Shown here piece after piece: positions 7,626 to 16,746 of a DNA stretch of 38,902 nucleotides. This DNA comes from a virus (taxonomy: Duplodnaviria > Caudoviricetes): the IMG/VR virus record IMGVR_UViG_3300032248_000474, positions 1 to 38,902 of that record, one strand, 5' to 3'. Every line of letters begins with the position of its first letter. Positions within the stretch are counted from its first letter, which is position 1. The notes below the pieces were generated by a model, which saw nothing but the letters and a program-made list of their open reading frames with translations, made no database searches and had not been told where the DNA came from. A program made the translations under genes and the position numbers.

Positions 7626-9991
7626 CGCCGTTCAATCAATATCTTGCAAACCTAGCCCCTGAAGGCGAAACCACCCTATTCGTTAAGCTCATCAAAAAAC
7701 CTACCGGCGACATCTGGATGCCCTATTACCCGTCAGATTATGACGGCGAGGGGGCGTGGTACGCCAACACCGGATCGTTCATTGTCTCCCGCTTTGAGGG
7801 CAAGCCCCGTGCTCGGTCGCAGTACTGCGAACGGGTGTCAGTCCTCGTGCTGGATGACATCGGTACGAAGTCCACCACCCCGCCGCTTGAGCCGACATGG
7901 AAGATGGAAACATCGGAGGGCAACTACCAATGGGGCTACATCTTTCGGCTGGACGACCAACCGACCAAGGCCGAGTTCGGCGCAGCAATCAAGGCCATCG
8001 CCAATGCAGGCTACACCGACCGAGGGATGCTAAACCCTGTCCGCAATTTCAGGATCGAGGGCTCGATCAATCTGAAGGAAGGCAAGGGCGGCTTCGCATC
8101 GCGGCTGGTCTCATTCCATGCCGATAAGGAATTTTCCTTACCTGAAATCCTTGTAGCACTCGGTGTTACACCCGAACCGCCACACGCAGCTACCATATCG
8201 TATGACGGCACGCTGGCGCACACCGAGCCGACCACGCATACCACCATCACCGACCTGCGGGATGCGCTGACCTACATCGACGCCGAGCCTTACAGTGTAT
8301 GGATCGCAGTCGGGATGGCGCTCAAGACGCTCGATGATGACGCCGCAGGGTTCGAGCTGTTCGATACTTGGTCAAAGACCGCGAGCAACTACGACGCAGA
8401 GGCGGTTGACTTTCAATGGTCCGTATTCCAGCCCCGCGAGATTACGCTTGGTACCATCTACCATCACGCCAAGCAAAACCCGACCTACGTTCCACCCGAG
8501 GACCGTGGGCTGACCATGCTGGCTGGTAAGGTAGAGGGCGACCCTAAGTTCGAAAAGGCTAAGGAGCCGACCTTCGTACAGGAGGTGCGCTATACTCCAA
8601 TGCCCGAGCCAACCGATGACGAGGTGCTTGGTATTGCCAACAAGGTCGGTCGGTACACCGACAGGCAACTGTTTGAAAATTTGGTGTATGTTGCAGCGCA
8701 AGAGTATTGGTTTGATATTAGAACGCGAGGGATATTTACCAATCGAGGAATTGACAACCTGTTCCTTGGTCGCACTTACCATTCCCGCCGCTTTACCAAA
8801 GCAGACGGCACGCCAGCCAAGCGTGTCATTACCTGCTCGCAATTCCTGCATGAAGCTCGTGAGGTGATGGAGATCGCAACCGCCGACACCTTCACATTTC
8901 AAGCAGGTGGTGCGGCTGTCATCCATGACAACGGGCGCGTGCTGGCGAATTTATGGGTTAACCATCGCATGACAGGCGTTGCAGGTGACGTCTCGATCTG
9001 GATGGATCATGTTGAGCGGATGATACCGGATGAGGCTATTCGCAACCATGTGCTGGATGTGATGGCGTTTAAATACCAGCATCCGCATATCAAGATCAAC
9101 CACGCCATTTTGATGTACGGCGTAGAGGGCAACGGAAAAGACATGCTATGGTCGCCCTTTCTGCACGCCATCGGACAGCCAAACATTACGGTCGATAGCG
9201 TGCAGACCTTCACCGGACGGTGGGGCTATGCTTACGAGAAGGAGGTCGTCGTCATCAACGAGCTGATGGAGGGTTCTAATTCGGAGCGCCGTCAGCTTGC
9301 CAACAAGCTCAAGCCCCTGATCGCAGCGCCGCCAATGTATCTGGAGGTTGAGAAGAAGGGGCAAGCACCTTACCCCGTACCCAATCTAATGTTTGTGCTG
9401 GCCTTTACCAACTCACCTACGGCGTTGTCGCTGGCATCTGATGACCGCCGCTGGCTTTGCGTTCACTGCAAAACACCGAGACTGCCCGTCAAGGAAGCCC
9501 GTCCAGTATGGGACTGGTATCGCGCTGGCGGCTACCAAAAGATCGCACACTTCTTTACCACACGGGACGTCTCGGCGTTCAACCCTGCCACCTTAACTGT
9601 AACGACGGAGTACAAGCAACTTATGATTGAGAATGGAAGGTCAGAGGCCGAGAGCACGCTGGTCGATATGATCAACGCAGGGGTGGGCATCTTCTCGACG
9701 GGCGTCGTGATCGGCCCGTGGTCGGAGCGGATGCAACAGTTGCGCGATCAGGTGAATAATGTAACGCTTTATCAGGCAGCGCTGATGAGCGCATTGAAGG
9801 ATGCGGGATGGCACGACTGCGGTTACATCATGGCCCGTGGCCTATCGCGGGTTCATGCTTGGTGCCACCCTGATCTGGCGGGCGAACCATCATCCGACCT
9901 GCGGCGGTTGGCGCAACAAAATCCAGAGCTTGCCAAGAAGCCTAAATTTACAGCCATCAAAGGGGACAAGGATGCTAGAGAAGCAGATTGA
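7622..9991 (+). CDS. Primase-helicase: RepB-like primase + PriCT-2 + D5/DUF5906-like P-loop helicase
   Basis: LVLDDIGTK...WKMETSEGNYQWGY; DAEPYSVWIAVGMALK...FDTWSKTASNYD (PriCT-2); Walker A GVEGNGKD, VVVINE, FTN...DDRRW. Confidence 0.88.
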   Translation: MTPFNQYLANLAPEGETTLFVKLIKKPTGDIWMPYYPSDYDGEGAWYANTGSFIVSRFEGKPRARSQYCERVSVLVLDDIGTKSTTPPLEPTWKMETSEGNYQWGYIFRLDDQPTKAEFGAAIKAIANAGYTDRGMLNPVRNFRIEGSINLKEGKGGFASRLVSFHADKEFSLPEILVALGVTPEPPHAATISYDGTLAHTEPTTHTTITDLRDALTYIDAEPYSVWIAVGMALKTLDDDAAGFELFDTWSKTASNYDAEAVDFQWSVFQPREITLGTIYHHAKQNPTYVPPEDRGLTMLAGKVEGDPKFEKAKEPTFVQEVRYTPMPEPTDDEVLGIANKVGRYTDRQLFENLVYVAAQEYWFDIRTRGIFTNRGIDNLFLGRTYHSRRFTKADGTPAKRVITCSQFLHEAREVMEIATADTFTFQAGGAAVIHDNGRVLANLWVNHRMTGVAGDVSIWMDHVERMIPDEAIRNHVLDVMAFKYQHPHIKINHAILMYGVEGNGKDMLWSPFLHAIGQPNITVDSVQTFTGRWGYAYEKEVVVINELMEGSNSERRQLANKLKPLIAAPPMYLEVEKKGQAPYPVPNLMFVLAFTNSPTALSLASDDRRWLCVHCKTPRLPVKEARPVWDWYRAGGYQKIAHFFTTRDVSAFNPATLTVTTEYKQLMIENGRSEAESTLVDMINAGVGIFSTGVVIGPWSERMQQLRDQVNNVTLYQAALMSALKDAGWHDCGYIMARGLSRVHAWCHPDLAGEPSSDLRRLAQQNPELAKKPKFTAIKGDKDAREAD

Positions 9992-10244
9992 GACGTACTT
10001 CGTTAAGCGGGTGAAAGAGATCGGCGGCAAAGCCTACAAGTTCACATCACCTAGCAATCGCGGTGTCTCAGATCGGATTGCAGCAATGCCCAACGGACAG
10101 GCTTGGTTCGTCGAGCTGAAACGACCTGACGGCAAACTGACGGCGTTGCAGACGCTGTTTGCTCATGACATGAGGACGATGGGCCAGCGCTACGCTTGCC
10201 TCTACAGCAAGGAAGATGTGGACAAATGGATCAGCCAGTTTTAA
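9972..10244 (+). CDS. VRR-NUC domain nuclease
   Basis: Start moved to ATG 9972: MLEKQIE...KFTSPSNRGVSDRI...FVELKRPDGKLTALQ. Confidence 0.9.
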   Translation: MLEKQIETYFVKRVKEIGGKAYKFTSPSNRGVSDRIAAMPNGQAWFVELKRPDGKLTALQTLFAHDMRTMGQRYACLYSKEDVDKWISQF

Positions 10245-11515
10245 GAGGATACCAAGAAGATGCTGCTGACTTCTTATATGCTCGTAATGCTGCGATGGTA
10301 CTCGCGCCAGTGGGCGCGGGTAAAACGGCGATTACGTTAACCGCCCTGCGTGATCTTATAATGGACGGCAATGCCAAGCGAGCCTTGGTCGTAGCGCCGC
10401 TGCGGGTGGCCTCCAGCGTGTGGCCCTTCGAGGCATTGACATGGGCACCCGAGCTGAAGGTTGAAGCGGCGATAGGCAGCCCGCAGCAACGCTGGAAGGC
10501 TGTTCACAATTTTGCTAACCACATCGTGACGATCAATTACGAGAACCTGCAATGGTTGGCTGACTTCAAGCTGGAGTTTGACGTCGTGGTGTTTGACGAA
10601 CTGACCCGGCTTAAGAACCCGTCTGGCGTGCGGTTCAAAGCCATCAACAAGATCGCGCAAGCGATACCGATCAGGTGGGGGCTGACCGGCTCTTTCACCA
10701 GCAACGGGCTTGAGGATGTGTTCGGTCAATGCAAGATCATAGACCAGAAGCTGCTCGGACGGTCGAAAGGCGCGTTCTTGCAATCTTACTTCAACTGCAT
10801 CAACAAGGAGTATCAACAATGGGAGGCGAAAGAAGGAGCATTGGAGGCGGTGATGCAGAAAATCAAGCCATCGACGTATGTCCTACCATCCAGTTTATAC
10901 AGTTTGCCCAGCGCGTTCATTTCTACTATCTCGGTCAAGATGCCGGATCGGACACCGTACGATACAATGAAGCAGCATCTGACATTCGAAGGCGTTACTG
11001 CATCGACTGCGGCGGTCGCTGTTCAGAAGCTCCAGCAACTGTCAGCGGGGTTCCTTTACCAAGAGGAGGATGGCGTTCGATGGTTTAACAGCCACAAGAT
11101 GGACGCCCTCGCTGAATTGCTTGAAGAAAACCAATACCCGAACACCATAGTGGTGTATCAGTACAAGGAGGAACTCGCCGAGCTCAAGCGCCGGTTCGGG
11201 GCCAAGACCATATTGGACGACCAAACCATACGGGAGTGGAATGAGGGTAAGGTACCCCTTCTCGCCGTTCATCCGATGTCGGCGGCCCACGGCCTTAACC
11301 TGCAATACGGGGGTAATCATTTAATATTCTTGTCCCTGCCTTGGAGCTTGGAGCTCTACGAGCAGACAATAGGTAGAATACATAGATCAGGGCAAAAATC
11401 GGATGTTTGGGTTTATGTATTGATGACACAAAACAGTATTGACGACCGCATCTTCGCAGCACTTGCTGACAAGCGCACTTTGGCTGAAATTGCACTCGAG
11501 GAGTTGAAAGCGTGA
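10226..11515 (+). CDS. SNF2-family (SF2) helicase
   Basis: LRGYQ, GAGKT, VVFDEL, GLTGS, HGLNLQ and QTIGRIHRSGQ motifs; start moved to ATG 10226. Confidence 0.92.
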   Translation: MDQPVLRGYQEDAADFLYARNAAMVLAPVGAGKTAITLTALRDLIMDGNAKRALVVAPLRVASSVWPFEALTWAPELKVEAAIGSPQQRWKAVHNFANHIVTINYENLQWLADFKLEFDVVVFDELTRLKNPSGVRFKAINKIAQAIPIRWGLTGSFTSNGLEDVFGQCKIIDQKLLGRSKGAFLQSYFNCINKEYQQWEAKEGALEAVMQKIKPSTYVLPSSLYSLPSAFISTISVKMPDRTPYDTMKQHLTFEGVTASTAAVAVQKLQQLSAGFLYQEEDGVRWFNSHKMDALAELLEENQYPNTIVVYQYKEELAELKRRFGAKTILDDQTIREWNEGKVPLLAVHPMSAAHGLNLQYGGNHLIFLSLPWSLELYEQTIGRIHRSGQKSDVWVYVLMTQNSIDDRIFAALADKRTLAEIALEELKA

Positions 11516-11862
11516 GTTGCAAGGAGGAGGGGCGGCGACAGAAGACCCGTCAACGGCAAGAGCGCCATCGCTACGGCGTCACCCGTGACGAACTTGTAGC
11601 TCAGTTGGGCAACGACAACTGCTCCATCTGCGGCAGTCCGGGCAGCGGCAAGCGGCGCAACCATATCGACCATTGCCATGCGGTCGGCATCAACCGTGGC
11701 TTTCTCTGCATCAACTGCAATCGGGGGCTTGGCAATTTTAGAGATGATGCAGCGCTCTTGGCAAAAGCAATAGCCTATATCCAGAACCCGCCATTGATTG
11801 GAAATTATTATGAAAATTATCGCGATGCTGTCATTGATGCTGAAAAAGAAAATGGGGGCTAA
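11512..11862 (+). CDS. Recombination endonuclease VII-family HNH nuclease
   Basis: RYGVT...CSICG...HIDHCH..G..RGFLCINCNRGLG.FRDD...L.KAIAY. Confidence 0.88.
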   Translation: MSCKEEGRRQKTRQRQERHRYGVTRDELVAQLGNDNCSICGSPGSGKRRNHIDHCHAVGINRGFLCINCNRGLGNFRDDAALLAKAIAYIQNPPLIGNYYENYRDAVIDAEKENGG

Positions 11863-11875
11863 TGCCCCCATTTAA
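11843..11875. terminator. Probable bidirectional terminator between the convergent early and late arms
   Basis: AAATGGGGGC-taat-GCCCCCATTT (11850-11873); A-tract upstream gives a U tail on the - strand. Confidence 0.8.
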
Positions 11876-11877
11876 TG

Positions 11878-12084
11878 TCAGAACCATTCATCCCAATTTT
11901 CATCTTCTTCTTCTTCTTCGTCTTCATCGTCGAAGTGCTCATAGATGTGATCTACCAAGCCTAACAGCAAGTCGCCTTGCTCGTCTTCATCGAAGTCGTC
12001 CATCAGGTCAGTCCAGACGATCTCGACTTGCCAATCCTCAATGTCTTCATCGTAGTAAGTCCACACGGTGCCAAGTTTGTGCAT
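11878..12084 (-). CDS. Extremely acidic small protein, 68 aa
   Basis: AGGAG RBS; 29 of 68 residues are D/E, with one Lys and no Arg. Confidence 0.8.
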   Translation of the reverse strand: MHKLGTVWTYYDEDIEDWQVEIVWTDLMDDFDEDEQGDLLLGLVDHIYEHFDDEDEEEEEDENWDEWF

Positions 12085-12140
12085 TGTAAGCTCCTATCAG
12101 GGGGTGAGAGCCCTTACTTTACCAAGGGTTTATGACAAAC

Positions 12141-12545
12141 TCAAGTATCTTCTTCTTCGATTGGATACTGTTTCCAAGGCAGTTGGAAGTGCCCGCCATC
12201 TTTCAAAGTTTTCCAATCACCACCCCATTCTAAAGCAATTTCAAGGTCTTTGGCGACTTCCTTAAAGGTCTTTGCGAGCTTCTCGTAATTGGGCCACGCC
12301 CAATTGATCCGACCTTCCTCGTCCACGGCTGCAATATCTACCGCATGGCCTGTCAGATGGCGGGAGTTAAGCGTCTGGCTGGCTCCTTTGGCGACATTCA
12401 CCTTCTCCTGTTCCAGTGTCCGCAGACCCTCCAGCACATAGAAATTGACCTCGGTCATGGCATAAGCCTGCATCACAACCTTAATCAAATCGGGATGCAC
12501 GCCATCCAGCTTTTTTAGGGATTTAATTGTAGGGGCGAACGTCAT
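12141..12545 (-). CDS. Endolysin, M15-family L-Ala-D-Glu peptidase
   Basis: EGLRTLE.E...SRHLTGHAVDI...LEWGGDWKTLKDGGHFQL. Confidence 0.92.
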   Translation of the reverse strand: MTFAPTIKSLKKLDGVHPDLIKVVMQAYAMTEVNFYVLEGLRTLEQEKVNVAKGASQTLNSRHLTGHAVDIAAVDEEGRINWAWPNYEKLAKTFKEVAKDLEIALEWGGDWKTLKDGGHFQLPWKQYPIEEEDT

Positions 12546-12916
12546 TTAACAGCAACCCCTAGCTTTTTCTCGTATGTCCGCAAGCCCGCCATCCCGAGCA
12601 TAGCCATCACCAACTCCATCAACGATCCATCCAGCGGTGGAAAATTTCCATAGCCAGTCGCAGTAAGGAAAGGGCGAAGAACATATTGATAGCAAAGTCC
12701 TGCGGCCCCAATCCAGCCAATAGCAGGACGCCAGCCAGACACAAAAAGGTTGGGATTTGTAGCTTCTGCGGCATTAACTTCACTCTGCGCTGAGTCCCAT
12801 TTTCTGAGACTTTCCCGTAGCTCCGCCTCAGCGGTCAGCTTGGCGTTCTGGTCGGGAATAAATTTGTTGATGATGCTTAAGCCAGCACCGATTGCGTCGT
12901 CAATGCCAAATGCCAT
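12542..12916 (-). CDS. Holin (3TM, GTA-holin-like)
   Basis: IINKFIPD...VNAAEA....FVSGWRPAIGW...MLGMAGLRTYEK; adjacent to the endolysin. Confidence 0.85.
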   Translation of the reverse strand: MAFGIDDAIGAGLSIINKFIPDQNAKLTAEAELRESLRKWDSAQSEVNAAEATNPNLFVSGWRPAIGWIGAAGLCYQYVLRPFLTATGYGNFPPLDGSLMELVMAMLGMAGLRTYEKKLGVAVK

Positions 12917-13092
12917 TATTCGCCATCCTTTGACCCGTTAACTATACCGTAAATGCGTAAGATCATAAAGGTTATAGATAGCACACCTGCTATGAGCTGG
13001 ACAAGCTCGCTTGTTTCCGCAAGCGTCCAAGGGAAGCTCCATGTTGCAACAACAACACCAGTATCGACTGCTAGTTTATGTTCGTTGCTCAT
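12916..13092 (-). CDS. Small membrane protein, 58 aa (MSNEHKLAVDTG...SKDGE); holin/antiholin candidate
   Basis: Manually translated. Coupled on both sides (ATGA and TAATG); hydrophobic segment LVQLIAGVLSITFMILRIYGIV. Confidence 0.7.
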   Translation of the reverse strand: MSNEHKLAVDTGVVVATWSFPWTLAETSELVQLIAGVLSITFMILRIYGIVNGSKDGE

Positions 13093-15131
13093 GGCATCTG
13101 TTGTCCTTGCAAGAGAGCGTTGGTAACACGGCTTGTGGTGTTAGCACCACGACCGAAAGCAAGCATATTGTTGGTCAAAGTCGTACGGCTTTTGTCGTAA
13201 TTCAACGCATCTTGCATAGCCTTTGCGGCGTTTTCAGGGCTTGCCATCTCAACGGCAATTTGTTTCAGCACGTTGGCGTTAATGGAGCTACCGAGCTTAC
13301 GCATCAGACCGTCAAAGATAACGGCGGGGCTAAGACCTTTGTGGGCAAAACCATGCACGCCAATCTGCGGCACGGACTGATCGGGGATGTTGCTGGACGA
13401 ACCCATCTTAGCACGGCTCTCGGTCAGCGCCTCTCTTGCAAGGTCTTGCTGGATGCCTTTGACAATCGCTGCGTTTTGCGGGCCGATGACTTGATCAAGG
13501 TTCTGGAACAGTTGGGTGCCGGTTGCGGACTTGATGGTGCTCGGCGCGTTCTCTACAGCACGGGCAAACACGCCTTCGCGTTCGCCAGCACCAAGCGGGT
13601 CTGCCAACCGACGAGACAACTCCTGCCCGACTTCCATCTTGTTGATGTTAGCGCTGTCCTTGCGGAACTGTTCCCGTGCGGCAGCGTACTTATCGCTGTT
13701 CTTCTCGATCCACTCAATCAGCGCCTTGCGAACGTCGCCGATACTGCTGGAGGATAGACCTTTCATCCCGCCAACGGATGGGTCGGCGTTCATCATGTCC
13801 TTCAAAGCCACTTGCAAAGTATGCAAGTCGCCAACCGTGCCGGTAGAGGGCGTGGCCTCGGTTGCAGGCGTACCGGCTTCAAACTGCCGGACGGGGCGTC
13901 CGGCTGGATTGGTAGCCCCGGTGTCAACCAGACGACCGGGGGTGGCTTCCGTTGCCGGAGCGCCACGCTCTAGTGTAAATGGTGTCTTACCAACGGCTTC
14001 ACGGTTACCGCCGACAAACTCTATGTCGCCAAGCACCTTGTCGATAGCGGGGCTGTTAAGCAGGCCTTCCAGCCGTGGGTCTGCTACGATAGGTGCCTTG
14101 CCCGCTTCTGTATACGCTTGATTAGCCGATGCTGAACGGGCGTTCTTGGCAGCTTGCAACTGTTCAGGCGTACCGGCGAAACTGTCAATCGCCGCTTGAC
14201 GCGCTGCAATGTTCTGCCGGTTGATGTTATCATATAAGGTTGGGGTTTCGCTTTGCGCCGCACGTTGTAGCGCCGGATAGAGCGTGTTCGGAACGGACGA
14301 AGCGGCTTCGGCAGCAGTCAGTTGCGTGCCGGGTGTTGCAGCTTGCGTGGTATTCAACGCATTGATAATGTCTTCACCTTGGCCTTCAGCCGCCGTCAGG
14401 TAGGCGTTGTTCTTTGGATTAAAGATGTCGCGCATAGCGTTGACACCTTGTGGCGCTAAACGCGCAACGGGGTTCAAAGCGTTAACCGGATTGGTGTATT
14501 CCCCTACGGTTTTCATCACGTCGGCTGTTCGAGCCATACCAGCACGACCCGCAAGCGCACCGCCGCCACCAACCAGCATGGACAAGTCAGCCGCCACTCC
14601 AACCGGATCGGTCTTAATGGCGTTACCAATCGCTTCTGCCGAACCGTACTTCTCAGCCAGATGCCCACCAACCGCCGATGCCGTTTCAGCAATACGTTGC
14701 ACTGCCTGCGGGTTATCAATACGATCAAGGAAGTCTGTCACGCCTTTCGGCAGGATAGCTTTAGCACCGGCGCGTGCCGCACCAGCGGCGGTATCCAGCA
14801 GCGTTCCGGCGGTATCTATCGGGTGCATAACGGCGCTTGCCAAACCAGTCACCATGTTAATAGCTGAACCGGGGATGTTGGAAACTGTCGTGGCAAGATC
14901 GCCTGCGGCTTTACCGTAGGCCTGCTGCCGTTGTTGATGGAAGCGGGAAACGGGCGGTTCCGACGTCTGGTCTGGAGCGGGTGCAGCGGCAGGAGCGGCG
15001 GCTTGCTGATCAGGCTTATACCACGAGACATCGTGCCCGTTCTTCTGCAACTTGGCAATAAGATCGGCCTTGGTCGTTCCGTCTGGAACGCCCTGAATAA
15101 CGGTGCCGTCGGGGAGCTCTACATCAGGCAT
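13089..15131 (-). CDS. Putative ejection/internal virion protein, 680 aa
   Basis: Ala/Gly-rich helical protein starting MPDVELPDGTVIQGVPDGTT; last of three large genes before lysis, as in P22-like podoviruses. Confidence 0.7.
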   Translation of the reverse strand: MPDVELPDGTVIQGVPDGTTKADLIAKLQKNGHDVSWYKPDQQAAAPAAAPAPDQTSEPPVSRFHQQRQQAYGKAAGDLATTVSNIPGSAINMVTGLASAVMHPIDTAGTLLDTAAGAARAGAKAILPKGVTDFLDRIDNPQAVQRIAETASAVGGHLAEKYGSAEAIGNAIKTDPVGVAADLSMLVGGGGALAGRAGMARTADVMKTVGEYTNPVNALNPVARLAPQGVNAMRDIFNPKNNAYLTAAEGQGEDIINALNTTQAATPGTQLTAAEAASSVPNTLYPALQRAAQSETPTLYDNINRQNIAARQAAIDSFAGTPEQLQAAKNARSASANQAYTEAGKAPIVADPRLEGLLNSPAIDKVLGDIEFVGGNREAVGKTPFTLERGAPATEATPGRLVDTGATNPAGRPVRQFEAGTPATEATPSTGTVGDLHTLQVALKDMMNADPSVGGMKGLSSSSIGDVRKALIEWIEKNSDKYAAAREQFRKDSANINKMEVGQELSRRLADPLGAGEREGVFARAVENAPSTIKSATGTQLFQNLDQVIGPQNAAIVKGIQQDLAREALTESRAKMGSSSNIPDQSVPQIGVHGFAHKGLSPAVIFDGLMRKLGSSINANVLKQIAVEMASPENAAKAMQDALNYDKSRTTLTNNMLAFGRGANTTSRVTNALLQGQQMP

Positions 15132-16735
15132 TACTGCAAGTCTCCAAACTTAATGACTTTACCGCCGGACGGTGCAGCAGGGGCGTTGTTCTGCGGCATG
15201 GGTAGGATATTCGGCGTAGAAGCAGGCGGCGACAGAGCGTTAGTATCGCTGTTAAACGTACCTTTTTCTTTCATCTGTTTAGCCCGTTCGATACCGTCTT
15301 GCAATATCTTCTGCGCGTCTTTAATAGCAGCATCAAAGTCTTTGGTGCTCAGGGACTGGTTCATGCGGTTAATAGCGGCGGTGGCTTTGTTGCCTTCCGC
15401 ATCCGAGATCGCACCACCACCGCGCAGCATGTCGAACGCCGACAAGAAGGCTTGACCTTTGGCGTGCTCCATGCGGTTTCTAAAGTCAACACCTTGCGAG
15501 CCGGGAATGTACTGTCCGGGGTTCAAAGCACCGCCGCCGGTGTAAGTGTTCTTAGCTGGATGGTTCAAGATTGCATCCAGATCATTGATAGCTTGTTGCG
15601 CGTTAGCAATCGTTGCATCGGCAGTCTTCATGTCCTTTGCTTTGCCGCCAGTCGCTTCTTGAATGGCTCGGTCGTAAGCTGCCCGCTTTGCGTTATATTC
15701 AGGGTCTTTAGGATCAAGGTCGGCGCGATCCGACATGAGCTTACCAAGCGGCGATGCGCCGCCACCAGTACCGCCTTCACTTGCTTTGAAGTTATTGGCT
15801 TTGGCAATACGAGCGTCATAAATAGCTTTGTTCTCAGCGTAGTTGGGCGAGTTAGGATCAAGCGCATCGCGCTCTTGAATGAGCTTACCAACGTCGGACG
15901 CAGCTTGAGGCCGTGTAATGCCTTCTGAACCGGGTACCGACGTCGCTTGGTTGTTCAGCGGGTTAATCGCAATCGTATCCGTCCGGTTACCAAGGTTGCG
16001 CGTCTGGTAGTGCATTTTGGTTGTTTCGCCAGCCTTAGCCATCAACTGCTGCTTCAGCATTTCAAATTGTTGCGGATCGGCGGGCGCTTGTGGCGGCAGG
16101 ATTTGATCAAGATGCGGAACGTCTTTAACTGTAGACGCCCGCCACGCATCGTAAGTATCTTGCGTAACAGACGGCAGCATGGAAGCATGAAACGCCATTG
16201 CTTTGACCGTGGCATCGAGGTTGTCTTTGGTAACCCCGATCTTAGCTTTGTCAGCTTCGGCAGTGTTCTTATCCATCGCATTGATGTCATTGACAAGTCC
16301 CATGCCTTTACGGGCAGCATCAATCTTGCCGTTTTGCACGAGCTTGTCCGTTGCAGTGCGAGGGTCAGCCGGTGTCGGCGCAACAACCGTCGGTTGCAGG
16401 TCAGGATAGCTATCACCCCCTAACGTACCGGCGTCGCTTGCAGCGCCCGGCGCGATCAAGTTAGGATTGATGCGGTAGCCGGGCGTTGCAGTAGCGGCAA
16501 GCGCGTTCTTGTAATCCATCTCAGCCCGAGCGTCTTTAGCCCGGTCGGCCTCGCCGCGAGCCCGCGAGGCAAGCGCGTTCTTATAATCTTCTTGCGACTT
16601 CATATAATTGAAGCGCCCCTGCTGCAACTGAAGCTGCTGTATCTGTCGCGCCAGCGCGTTCTTGGCATACTCGTTAGGATCACCGAACGAGATGCCAACC
16701 GGGGCTGTATTGTACATACTAGTATCAATAGGCAT
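15131..16735 (-). CDS. Putative ejection/internal virion protein, 534 aa
   Basis: Position and composition; internal duplicated motif; LRGGGAISDAEG motif near the C-terminus. Confidence 0.7.
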   Translation of the reverse strand: MPIDTSMYNTAPVGISFGDPNEYAKNALARQIQQLQLQQGRFNYMKSQEDYKNALASRARGEADRAKDARAEMDYKNALAATATPGYRINPNLIAPGAASDAGTLGGDSYPDLQPTVVAPTPADPRTATDKLVQNGKIDAARKGMGLVNDINAMDKNTAEADKAKIGVTKDNLDATVKAMAFHASMLPSVTQDTYDAWRASTVKDVPHLDQILPPQAPADPQQFEMLKQQLMAKAGETTKMHYQTRNLGNRTDTIAINPLNNQATSVPGSEGITRPQAASDVGKLIQERDALDPNSPNYAENKAIYDARIAKANNFKASEGGTGGGASPLGKLMSDRADLDPKDPEYNAKRAAYDRAIQEATGGKAKDMKTADATIANAQQAINDLDAILNHPAKNTYTGGGALNPGQYIPGSQGVDFRNRMEHAKGQAFLSAFDMLRGGGAISDAEGNKATAAINRMNQSLSTKDFDAAIKDAQKILQDGIERAKQMKEKGTFNSDTNALSPPASTPNILPMPQNNAPAAPSGGKVIKFGDLQ

Positions 16736-16746
16736 ATCAGTAATCC

